39,879 bases of DNA from a bacterium UBP3_UBA3054 (GTDB lineage: Bacteria > Auribacterota > UBA3054): NCBI GenBank assembly GCA_002366995.1, contig DFCM01000125.1, forward strand, positions 775 to 40,653, given 5' to 3'. The notes beneath the pieces were generated by a model that was not told the origin of the DNA, searched no databases, and saw nothing but the letters and a program-made list of their open reading frames with translations. The position numbers and the translations under genes are program-made. Position 1 is the stretch's first letter. Each line of letters opens with the position of its first letter. Below, one piece after another: positions 29,079-36,832 of the stretch.

Positions 29079-30188
29079 TTAATCCAAAATCTCAACATTT
29101 GCCCTGGGTACTGTTATTATCTTTCCATCCCCCATATCGACACTTAGGACGCGCACCTTGGATCCCGTGCCGATCTCTATAGGCTTCTCTATCAGTTCGT
29201 GCACTCTGCCGATCTGCCCGAAATGCGGGCGGCGGATGAGGCGCACCCTTACTCCGGGCTTCAGCTCGGAATTGTTGACGTGCAGGTCCTCCTTGGTCTC
29301 GTAGCCCGGGACTATGAGTTCCGGCCTGATGACGCCGGCCCTGATCTGGGTGGCGCCGTTGATGGCCGCAATATGACCGTCCAGCGCGCGCAGAAGATGC
29401 GCGGTCCTTTCCGGCATGACAAGGTCGCCGAAGCCTTCCGTCAGGACAAGCGTGAAGGGAATGTCCTCTTCGCCCGTCACGGCCACGCCGATGTCGAAGC
29501 CCAAGAATCCCATCAGTTCGGAATCGACGATGCCGGCGCCCACGATGCCAATAATGCCTTTCTTCTCCGCGGCGTAGAGCACCGAGCCGTCGATCTTCCC
29601 GGGGAACATTATGATCTTTCCCTCAAGATCCTCAGGCAGCATGTCGGCGGTAAGGATCGAGCGTCCGTTGTCGAACCACAGAAGCTTTCCGTGCCTCTCC
29701 CCTCCTACGCCGAAGATGCCCTGCACCAGCGCGCCGTAGGTCTCGATGACCACGCCTTCCTCTTCCATGATCTCGACCACTTCGCCGGAAATGTAGGCGT
29801 GGCAGAAGATCGGTTTCGGCACGCCGCGGACGCCGATGTTGCCGGAGAGTTTGGAAATGTATTCCAAGGACCCGTCTATGGGCGACGTGACGTTGTTGGT
29901 TATGAGGTTGAAGAAGACCGTCCTGCTAGCCAGCAGTTCCTCTTTCTTAACGGGATCGCCGGCCTTTTTCAGGACGAATTTTTCCAACTGGTCTGGTCCG
30001 CAGCCCAAGATGTTCGCGGCTTTCACGACCGCCAGCGTTCCCGGCAGATCGACCTTCGCGACGACCGTCTCGGGCTCGACCTTGTCGCCCAGCTTTACCA
30101 CCACCTCGCCCTTCACAGGCAGGCGGCGCGTTTTTCTTATCTTAACGTGCGGGCTTATCGTAAGCCCCGGAGTAAATGCGTTTCCCAT
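29079..30188 (-). CDS. Conserved-looking hypothetical protein: N-terminal barrel-sandwich-hybrid-like region plus C-terminal KOW/SH3-like barrel
   Basis: 369 aa, translationally packed 3 nt after the upstream ATPase gene. PVKGEVVVKLGDKVEPETVVAKV ... VTSPIDGSLEYIS resembles the two half-motifs of lipoyl/NqrA-RnfC-type hybrid barrels. The C-terminal LKPGVRVRLIRRPHFGQIGRVHEL...KVRVLSVDMGDGKIITVPRANVEIL looks KOW-like. I cannot name a family. Confidence 0.6.
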   Translation of the reverse strand: MGNAFTPGLTISPHVKIRKTRRLPVKGEVVVKLGDKVEPETVVAKVDLPGTLAVVKAANILGCGPDQLEKFVLKKAGDPVKKEELLASRTVFFNLITNNVTSPIDGSLEYISKLSGNIGVRGVPKPIFCHAYISGEVVEIMEEEGVVIETYGALVQGIFGVGGERHGKLLWFDNGRSILTADMLPEDLEGKIIMFPGKIDGSVLYAAEKKGIIGIVGAGIVDSELMGFLGFDIGVAVTGEEDIPFTLVLTEGFGDLVMPERTAHLLRALDGHIAAINGATQIRAGVIRPELIVPGYETKEDLHVNNSELKPGVRVRLIRRPHFGQIGRVHELIEKPIEIGTGSKVRVLSVDMGDGKIITVPRANVEILD

Positions 30189-30191
30189 AAT

Positions 30192-31994
30192 TTATTCCAG
30201 CGGCAGCGAAAGCGCCTTGTAATCTTTAAGCCGGCGGGCGGCGTTCATGGTTTGGTCGTTGTCAAAAACGAGAGGACGGCAGCGGCCGTCCAGCAGTATG
30301 CCGGCCACGCCGCCTATCACTTCGGTCTCCATCGGCTTGCCATAGCCTTTGCCGACGTTGAAGCGCCTGGTCGGGAAGATCTGCACTCTGGCTTTCTTGC
30401 CGGTCGGCAGCGGCACTCTCAGAAGGTCCCCGCTCTTTATGGTTATCTTCTCTTCGCGGTCGTCGATCTTCACCAGCACGTCCATGACCTTCGCGCCTTC
30501 CTTGGCCGTTCCGACCGGCGCGATGGCCGTTCCAAGAACGATCATGCAGTCCTTGGCGAAGACTTCCTTGGCGGCTTCAGGATTCAATTGCGACATGACG
30601 CCCAATTGCGGCATCATGAAAATGGAGTCGACAGCCAGCTGCGTCACGCCTTCCAGCTGGAAAGCGTCCAGCATCATGAGAGCCGACTGCGTTCTGTCGG
30701 GCGCGTGCGAAAGCACGCCGCCGGAACCAATGCAGAGGTCGAGCTTCATGAGGTCGACCAGCACGGACTGGTTATTGTCGAGGGCGGAACCGATGTCGCT
30801 GTCGGCGTCCTTTTGGTTGGCCGCCACGTCGACCGCCAGGGAGCGGTGGTGAATAAGCGAAAGACGCAGGGCTTCTCTGGCCGCGGCCTGCTCGATGTAA
30901 AGCTCTTCTTTCGTTTCCGGGATGGTCGTGGGACGGATCATCTTGTTGCGCAGAATGTCGCGCAGAACTTTCACGTCGAACTTGAAGGGCAGCCAGCGCA
31001 GAATATTGTCCACGCCGCTTTCCGCCATCACGTTGCAGAGGCTGTAGCTCATGCCGTAGTTCGCGGAGACCGTGCGGTGGAAGTGTCCGCCGAAAACCGA
31101 GAAGACGTCCGTCGTGGCGCCGCCGATGTCGACGGCCAGGACGTTCTGGTGCCTTTCCCTGGCGACTTCCTGGATGATGATGCCGACCGCCGTGGGCGTC
31201 GGCATGATGTCCGCGGAAGTGATCTCCATCAGCTTCGGATATCCCGGCGCCTGCTGCATGACGTGCTCCAAAAAGAGGTCGTGGATGGCCTGGCGCGCTT
31301 CCGCCACGTCTTCCCTGTTGAGGTCCGGCCTGACATTGTTGACGTTCCTTATTGAGCACACTCCGCCCAGCATGTCTTCGACCACGTCGCGGGCTTCCAC
31401 GTTGCCGCTGAAGATGACCGGGAGGTTGAAGCCCTGCCCGAACCTTGGCTGGGGCTTGGCGGCCCTTATTATTTCCGAGATCATCTCCACATGCCGGCGG
31501 GATCCGCCGTTGGTGCCGCCCGCCATCAATATCATGTCGGGGCGGATGTGGCGGAGACGTTCTATTCTTTCGTAATTCTCCCTCGGGTCGTCGAGGGAAA
31601 TGGTGTCGATGACGATGGCGCCCGCACCCAGGGCCGCTCTTTCCGCGCTGGCGCCCGAAATAGAGCCTACGATGCCCGTGCAGGCCATTTGCAGACCTCC
31701 CCCGGCTGAAGATGTGGAGAAATAGGCATCCACCCCGTCTTCGCCCTTCCTGGGGCAAATCAGGTTCCTGTTTTCATCCAGAAGCCGGCGGCCGGTGATA
31801 TCCTCCAGCTCCTCGACCGCGTTCTTGACGCCCACCGTCACGTCGTCGAAGGGCGCCTCGACCGTCGTGGGCGCTTCGCCGCGCCCCGCCAGACGGTAGC
31901 CCTCCTCGGTCTTGACGACCAGAATAGCCTTGGTGGTCGTGCTGCCGCAGTCGGTCGCCAACATCACTTCCAGTTTCTCAGTGTCTTTACTCAT
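30192..31994 (-). CDS. GlmL/MutL-family (glutamate-mutase-accessory-like) actin-fold ATPase with C-terminal extension
   Basis: 600 aa. LATDCGSTTTKAILV fits phosphate-1, STSSAGGGLQM and ILMAGGTNGG follow, VLAVDIGGATTDVFSV fits phosphate-2, and IGSGGVLSHAP is also present. This order and spacing match what I recall for the MutL (PF13941) / hydantoinase-like ASKHA branch. About 130 extra C-terminal residues are beta-rich. Confidence 0.6.
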   Translation of the reverse strand: MSKDTEKLEVMLATDCGSTTTKAILVVKTEEGYRLAGRGEAPTTVEAPFDDVTVGVKNAVEELEDITGRRLLDENRNLICPRKGEDGVDAYFSTSSAGGGLQMACTGIVGSISGASAERAALGAGAIVIDTISLDDPRENYERIERLRHIRPDMILMAGGTNGGSRRHVEMISEIIRAAKPQPRFGQGFNLPVIFSGNVEARDVVEDMLGGVCSIRNVNNVRPDLNREDVAEARQAIHDLFLEHVMQQAPGYPKLMEITSADIMPTPTAVGIIIQEVARERHQNVLAVDIGGATTDVFSVFGGHFHRTVSANYGMSYSLCNVMAESGVDNILRWLPFKFDVKVLRDILRNKMIRPTTIPETKEELYIEQAAAREALRLSLIHHRSLAVDVAANQKDADSDIGSALDNNQSVLVDLMKLDLCIGSGGVLSHAPDRTQSALMMLDAFQLEGVTQLAVDSIFMMPQLGVMSQLNPEAAKEVFAKDCMIVLGTAIAPVGTAKEGAKVMDVLVKIDDREEKITIKSGDLLRVPLPTGKKARVQIFPTRRFNVGKGYGKPMETEVIGGVAGILLDGRCRPLVFDNDQTMNAARRLKDYKALSLPLE

Positions 31995-31996
31995 AC

Positions 31997-32266
31997 CTAA
32001 TTGGCCAACTCCTTAATTCTCTCCTCAAGCCTCAGCGTATTGGAATCATCCAGCAAAAAAAGACCAAGGTCCCGCATGTCGAGCGGCATCACCGTGTTCA
32101 GTATCCCCCCGAACCCAATGAGAATGTGGGCGGTGATGGGCGCGATGGGACGGTTGATCTCGAAAAGGAAAGTCGTCGCCGCTGGCAAGTCGTATTTCTT
32201 GCTCCAGTGAGCGATCTTTTCGACGATCTCTTCCGTCTCCTCAACTGTCAAACTGGTCTTTATCAT
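31997..32266 (-). CDS. Small hypothetical protein (89 aa), first gene of the three-gene operon
   Basis: The ORF ends 2 nt before the ATPase ATG. It has an acidic N-terminus (TVEETEEIVEKIAHW) and a central hydrophobic stretch (PIAPITAHILIGFGGILNTVMP). I recognise no family. Confidence 0.55.
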   Translation of the reverse strand: MIKTSLTVEETEEIVEKIAHWSKKYDLPAATTFLFEINRPIAPITAHILIGFGGILNTVMPLDMRDLGLFLLDDSNTLRLEERIKELAN

Positions 32267-32274
32267 ATGAAGAA

Positions 32275-32283
32275 ATTATAGCA
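32275..32283 (-). promoter_or_regulatory. Candidate extended -10 promoter (TGCTATAAT) 8 nt from the ATG of the 89-aa gene, predicting a leaderless mRNA
   Basis: The reverse complement of 32275..32283 is TGCTATAAT, the same 9-mer as at 24026..24034. Only TTCTTCAT separates it from the ATG at 32266, and there is no Shine-Dalgarno. Confidence 0.45.
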
Positions 32284-32309
32284 AAAGGAGAATCGCACTC
32301 GGCGCGTTT

Positions 32310-32462
32310 TTATTCCGCGTCGGGATAGACCACGCTCTGCTGGTCGGGATCCCTGAAGATGTGGTTGTTGGGGGCGTCGGCGTCGAGGGAATCCTGCATG
32401 GCGCAGCCGGCTAAGCTTAAAACGAAGAGGATGAGAAGAGAAAGGAAAAGCAGTTTTTTCAT
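32310..32462 (-). CDS. Small lipoprotein (50 aa), below the ORF-track length cut-off
   Basis: My translation of the minus strand gives MKKLLFLSLLILFVLSLAGCAMQDSLDADAPNNHIFRDPDQQSVVYPDAE*. It has a basic n-region, a hydrophobic core and a canonical lipobox L-A-G-C. The ATG lies 10 nt after the YfhO-like stop and is preceded by GAGGAAAAAACC. Confidence 0.6.
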   Translation of the reverse strand: MKKLLFLSLLILFVLSLAGCAMQDSLDADAPNNHIFRDPDQQSVVYPDAE

Positions 32463-32472
32463 GGTTTTTTCC

Positions 32473-34818
32473 TCAGGATTTGTTTATGAAAAGAAGTGAT
32501 GTTCTGTAGACCGCGGCCGCAAGGAAAAGCGCGAGCCCCATTGCGTAGCAAATTATGAGCGCGCTCTGGTGAGTGATCTTGGCTTGCAGCGTTATCGTGT
32601 GTTCGCCCGCGTCGACGAGCACCGCCCTCAATGCGGCGTCGGCGCGCAGTATTGGTGTCGGCTTATCGTCGAGCGCGGCTGTCCAGCCGGGATAATAGAG
32701 TTCGCTGAAGACAACGTAGCCGGGAACTTCGGCGTTCACCTTCGCTTTGATCTCCTGCGGAGCGTAATCGGTCAGAGTCACCTTGCCGAAGGGCCCCTCC
32801 TCCCCCGCTTCGCCTGAGAGCTGCTCAGGAATGGAAGCGCCGCTTATGACGACCTTGCGGGAGGGCTCGAAGTCATTCGACATGACGATAGAAGCGGGAT
32901 CATCGTCTTCCCTGACAGCCGTGGGAACGAACCAGGCTCTCGGCATGGCGAAGATATTATCCTTGACGAAAATGCCGTACTTGGTGAAGCCTCTGGCCCA
33001 CTTCGGGATCTTTTCAACGGGAAGCCTCGTTTGATTGTTGAGGTCGTAGCGAATGTTGAAGATCTCGTCGAAACGCCTTTTGGACGCCTCGCCCTGCTTC
33101 CTGGCGTTCCATAATGGCTGCTCCCAGCTAGTCCTCGTCATGATGTAGCCGTTGACGGAATCAAGGCCCCAGATGACGGTCTTCTGCGTGGCCTGCACGG
33201 CGTCCCAGCGGTAGCGGCAGCGACCCTGAGGCCCCTTGGAGATCTGGTCGCCTTTCAGCGCCATGGAAACGGGATTGTGGGCGTTGGATTCCGCGGCGGA
33301 CTGGGGGCAGGCGTTGATCTCCCCGCCGAAAGAGGCCAGGTCGAAAACTATGAGGGCGGCGAAGGCCCACTTGGTGATCGTCTGCTCCTTTTTGCAGGCG
33401 ATGAGGTAGAGTGCGATGCCGATCAGGAAGATGACGTACTGCCTCAGGACCGCGAAGTTGAAAACGGCTTTCGTAACGGCATTGTCGGGAACCTTATTGA
33501 GTCCGATGATGACGGCAATTCCGATGATAAAAAGACTCGCGAAGACGAAAAGCCAGAAACCCTTTTTTATTTCGGTCTTTTCAGTGGGCCAGAATTGGTC
33601 GAACATGAAGGCGAAAAGCAGGCTAATGGGAAGCGAGATGAAGTAAGCGTACCTTACCGGGATCCTCAGGTTTCTCAGCGGCTTGACAAGGTAAGCGAGG
33701 AAATACTGGAAGGGATTTTCGATTCCGTAAATGTAGAGCACCGCGATAAGGGCGATCAGGAAAAAGACCAGAGCCCTGACGGAGAAATGTTTTTTCAGAT
33801 AGGCCGGTACCAAAAGGAGCGCCAGGAAAGGCCAGAGTCCGGTGTAAGCCACGCGGCACCAGTACTGCCAGAATTGTCCGATGTGCCAGCTGTCCCCTCC
33901 CCAGAAGATGTTCCAGTCGCTGCCGGAATTCGGCGCTTTCACGCGGCCGAAAAGATCGGGAATGATGTTGGTCAGGAAGAAGTACCAGCTCGCCTGGTCG
34001 GAAACGTTCTTGTAGATGTCCTGTTCGGGACGTCCGCTGTTGCCGTAATACTCCAGACCGGGAACGACAAGGATAGCGGAGATCAAAAGCCCGACGGCCA
34101 GGAAGAGCGCGCCCTGAAGGAGGAACCTTATGAGCGCCTGCTTTTCCTTCCTTAGCTCAACCAGTTCGTAAAGGAAGAAAGCGAAAAGGAAAGCCGCCAT
34201 GTACGGCATCCTCTGAATGACGCCAACCAGGAAGCAGAAACCGAGAGCGCCGCCGCCGATGACGGAAAGGGAAAGCGTTTTCAGGCTGAGCTTGTTTTCC
34301 GCTTCCGCTTTCATATGCTCCATTGCGAGCATGATCCAGGGAATGAAGCCGTAGCCCGCGCCGTTGTTGGCGCTCGTCATCGTGATGACGACGGAGGCGC
34401 AGTAGCCGGCGGCCGCGGCGGCAGCCGTGGCGGCGGGACGCGATACCTTCCAGAATCTCAGAAGGAAATAAACGCCCAGCGCGCCGAAGAAGACCTGGAA
34501 AACGTAGATGAATGAGACCGCTTTTTCAAAGGCGGCCAGGTCTTTCGCAAGAGGAACGCAGAGCAGGTACAGCGGGTAGAAGACTGAGTGCCAGGCCATC
34601 TGCCCGAAGGGACGGCCAAGGTCGTGGTAAGGGCACCAGGCCGGGAAGCGGCCCTGCAAGATCTCGCCGGCGTTGAAAAAAAGCTTGGGAAGATCCTGGT
34701 TGGCGAAATCGCCGAAGAAGAAGCCCGTGCCTAAAAGCACGGCGCGGAAGAGCCAAAAAAGACCGAGGGCAAGCAGAGCTGCCCCGAACCATTTCAGCTC
34801 TTTCCTCTCGTTACCCAT
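32473..34818 (-). CDS. YfhO-family / GT-C-fold polytopic membrane glycosyltransferase-like protein
   Basis: 781 aa with more than 12 hydrophobic helices. A large C-terminal extracytoplasmic domain ends in SELYYPGWTAALDDKPTPILRADAALRAVLVDAGEHTITL plus a final TM helix. This is the pattern I associate with YfhO. Confidence 0.55.
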   Translation of the reverse strand: MGNERKELKWFGAALLALGLFWLFRAVLLGTGFFFGDFANQDLPKLFFNAGEILQGRFPAWCPYHDLGRPFGQMAWHSVFYPLYLLCVPLAKDLAAFEKAVSFIYVFQVFFGALGVYFLLRFWKVSRPAATAAAAAAGYCASVVITMTSANNGAGYGFIPWIMLAMEHMKAEAENKLSLKTLSLSVIGGGALGFCFLVGVIQRMPYMAAFLFAFFLYELVELRKEKQALIRFLLQGALFLAVGLLISAILVVPGLEYYGNSGRPEQDIYKNVSDQASWYFFLTNIIPDLFGRVKAPNSGSDWNIFWGGDSWHIGQFWQYWCRVAYTGLWPFLALLLVPAYLKKHFSVRALVFFLIALIAVLYIYGIENPFQYFLAYLVKPLRNLRIPVRYAYFISLPISLLFAFMFDQFWPTEKTEIKKGFWLFVFASLFIIGIAVIIGLNKVPDNAVTKAVFNFAVLRQYVIFLIGIALYLIACKKEQTITKWAFAALIVFDLASFGGEINACPQSAAESNAHNPVSMALKGDQISKGPQGRCRYRWDAVQATQKTVIWGLDSVNGYIMTRTSWEQPLWNARKQGEASKRRFDEIFNIRYDLNNQTRLPVEKIPKWARGFTKYGIFVKDNIFAMPRAWFVPTAVREDDDPASIVMSNDFEPSRKVVISGASIPEQLSGEAGEEGPFGKVTLTDYAPQEIKAKVNAEVPGYVVFSELYYPGWTAALDDKPTPILRADAALRAVLVDAGEHTITLQAKITHQSALIICYAMGLALFLAAAVYRTSLLFINKS

Positions 34819-34819
34819 C

Positions 34820-36742
34820 TTAAAGCGCGGCTTCTATGGCCTTGATTATGCCAGGAGCGTCCAGGGAATATTCGGCGTAGAGTTCTTTCGGCGTGGCGGA
34901 GCCCGCGAAAGACGTGACGCCCAGTTTCACGAGCTTGCAGTTCAAGCCGAGCTCCTGAAGTTTCTCGGCCACGCTCATGCCAAGCCCGCTGACGACGAGG
35001 TGATCCTCGACGGTCACGATGAGGCCGGTCGCGGCCGCGGCTTTCAAAGCTTCCGTATCTATGGCCAAAGGCGAAGCGATATTGTAAACGGAGACTTCCG
35101 TCCCCTGCTTCGCAAGTTCGTCGGAAGCGGCGACGGCGTTCGCGGAAGGCGTGCCGCAGACAAAGACCGCGGCCTTGGGATCAGATTTGGTGCGCAGCTC
35201 GTCGGCTTTGCCGTAAGCGTACTTATAGTCCGTGCCGAAGAAAGGCGTTCCGTCTTCCTTGGCGACGATCGCGACTTTCGAGCGGCCCATAACCAGAAGC
35301 GTCGGCTTTTTGGTAAGGGCGAGATATCTGACAGCTCTGTCGGTCTGGTTCGGGTCGGCCGGGACGATGACCTCGAAGCCGAGGAGGTTCCTGTAGAGGC
35401 CGAGGTAGTCGACGCACTGGTGCGTCCTGCCGTCTTCGCCCACGTCCAGGCCGCAGTGCGTGCAGACGACCTTCGGGAAGGCTCCGTTCATGACGGACAT
35501 GCGGTGCTGGTTGTAAGTCTCGTCCACGCCGAAAGCGCCGAAGTCGGCCCAGAAAGACTGGACGCCCCTAATGCTCATGGCGCCGGCGATGACCGCCGCG
35601 TTGTGTTCCTGGATGCCGATCTGGAAGAAATTCTCGGGCCAGACTTTCTCGAAGTCCGCGACTTTCACGCTGCCCTTGAGGTCGCAGTCGAGGGCGGCCA
35701 TCGGGCTGGCGCCGGCTTTATCCTTATTGGTCTTAGCGATGTCGGCAAGCGCTTTGCCCCAGGCGCTCCTGTTGTCGGTGCTCTCCGTGTAAAGGGCGGG
35801 CGTTCCGGGATCGAGCGTAATGTCGGGAGTTTTGGGACGGACGGGATGCCTGGGCTCTTTTTCTTTGCGTTCCGCCATCAGTTCGTCAAGGTCGTCGGGA
35901 AGATCGAGTTCTTTGAGCGCCTCACGGCAAAGGTCCATGTTGAGCGCTGAGCCGTGGTATTTCGCCTGGTTCTCCATGAAAGAGATGCCGTGCCCCATGA
36001 TCGTTTTGGCGAGGATCATGACGGGCTTTTCGGAAAGATAAGCTTTCCTAAGCGCGCCGTAGAGAGCTTGGAGGTCGTGGCCGTTCACCTCGACGACGTC
36101 CCAGCCGTCGGCTTCCCATTCGGCCTTCAAGGGCTGGTACATCACTTCGTGGATGTCGCCGCAGATCTGCAGTTCGTTGTAGTCGATCACGGCGACCAAG
36201 GGCAGAGCGTATTTGACGGCCGTTCTTCTCGCTTCCGCGATCTGGCCTTTCTGCTGTTCGCCGTCCCCCATCACACAGAAGACTTTCGCCTTGACGCCTG
36301 TCATGCGGTCGGCAAGCGCGAAGCCTACGCAGGCGGAGAGACCCTGGCCCAGGTTGCCGGTGTCCCATTCGACGCCTGGCACGCACTGCTCGATGTGTCC
36401 AGGGAAAGAACTGCCGTTCTGACGGAAGGTCACGACCGCTTCCCTAAGATCTATGAAGCCCGCGCCCGCCAAAGCCGCGTAAACGCCCGGCGAAGTGTGG
36501 CCGTGGCTGACGACTATGGTGTCCCGGCCGAATTTTCTCGGCTCTTTGGGATCGACGTTCGCGCACTGCCAAAGCAGGGTGTAAGTTTCAAGGGAGGAAA
36601 GCGAACCGCCGGGGTGACCGCAGCCGGCCAGTGTCGTCATTTTGACGATGGCGCCGCGGCTGACTTTCAGCTGCTCGTTTAAGGCGGAAATCTCTTCCCC
36701 GCTCAGTTTTTCTTCAAAAAAACCGCGTTTTAAAATGCTCAT
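34820..36742 (-). CDS. tkt: Transketolase (single polypeptide resembling a fusion of the split N- and C-terminal-section type)
   Basis: 640 aa. GHPGGSLS, VSHGHTSPGVYA and GNLGQGLS...MGDGEQQKG are the ThDP/Mg motifs. A Pro/Lys-rich linker follows, then FQIGIQEHNAAVIAGAMS and the C-terminal domain. Confidence 0.85.
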   Translation of the reverse strand: MSILKRGFFEEKLSGEEISALNEQLKVSRGAIVKMTTLAGCGHPGGSLSSLETYTLLWQCANVDPKEPRKFGRDTIVVSHGHTSPGVYAALAGAGFIDLREAVVTFRQNGSSFPGHIEQCVPGVEWDTGNLGQGLSACVGFALADRMTGVKAKVFCVMGDGEQQKGQIAEARRTAVKYALPLVAVIDYNELQICGDIHEVMYQPLKAEWEADGWDVVEVNGHDLQALYGALRKAYLSEKPVMILAKTIMGHGISFMENQAKYHGSALNMDLCREALKELDLPDDLDELMAERKEKEPRHPVRPKTPDITLDPGTPALYTESTDNRSAWGKALADIAKTNKDKAGASPMAALDCDLKGSVKVADFEKVWPENFFQIGIQEHNAAVIAGAMSIRGVQSFWADFGAFGVDETYNQHRMSVMNGAFPKVVCTHCGLDVGEDGRTHQCVDYLGLYRNLLGFEVIVPADPNQTDRAVRYLALTKKPTLLVMGRSKVAIVAKEDGTPFFGTDYKYAYGKADELRTKSDPKAAVFVCGTPSANAVAASDELAKQGTEVSVYNIASPLAIDTEALKAAAATGLIVTVEDHLVVSGLGMSVAEKLQELGLNCKLVKLGVTSFAGSATPKELYAEYSLDAPGIIKAIEAAL

Positions 36743-36790
36743 AGATAGACCTGGGCCTTGTTTTTAGATACACACACAATTGATAGAGAG

Positions 36791-36799
36791 ATTTTAGCA
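36791..36799 (-). promoter_or_regulatory. Candidate extended -10 promoter element (TGCTAAAAT) for tkt/yfhO-like/lipoprotein unit
   Basis: The reverse complement of 36791..36799 is TGCTAAAAT, in the 90-nt spacer between the flippase stop and the tkt ATG (36742). Confidence 0.4.
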
Positions 36800-36832
36800 A
36801 AGAGGGCGGTGTTCTGTAAAGCCCGAAAGGAA

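Noticed and set aside
29199-31355. A 718-aa plus-strand ORF, the longest antisense ORF in the window. It spans two minus-strand genes.
   Set aside because: It lies in the exact codon-aligned antisense frame of both 29079..30188 and 30192..31994, which share a phase. In that frame a stop arises only where the sense gene uses TTA, CTA or TCA, and these are rare codons here. The predicted product is low-complexity (R/D/H/G/V-rich) with no start context. It is explained by codon bias.
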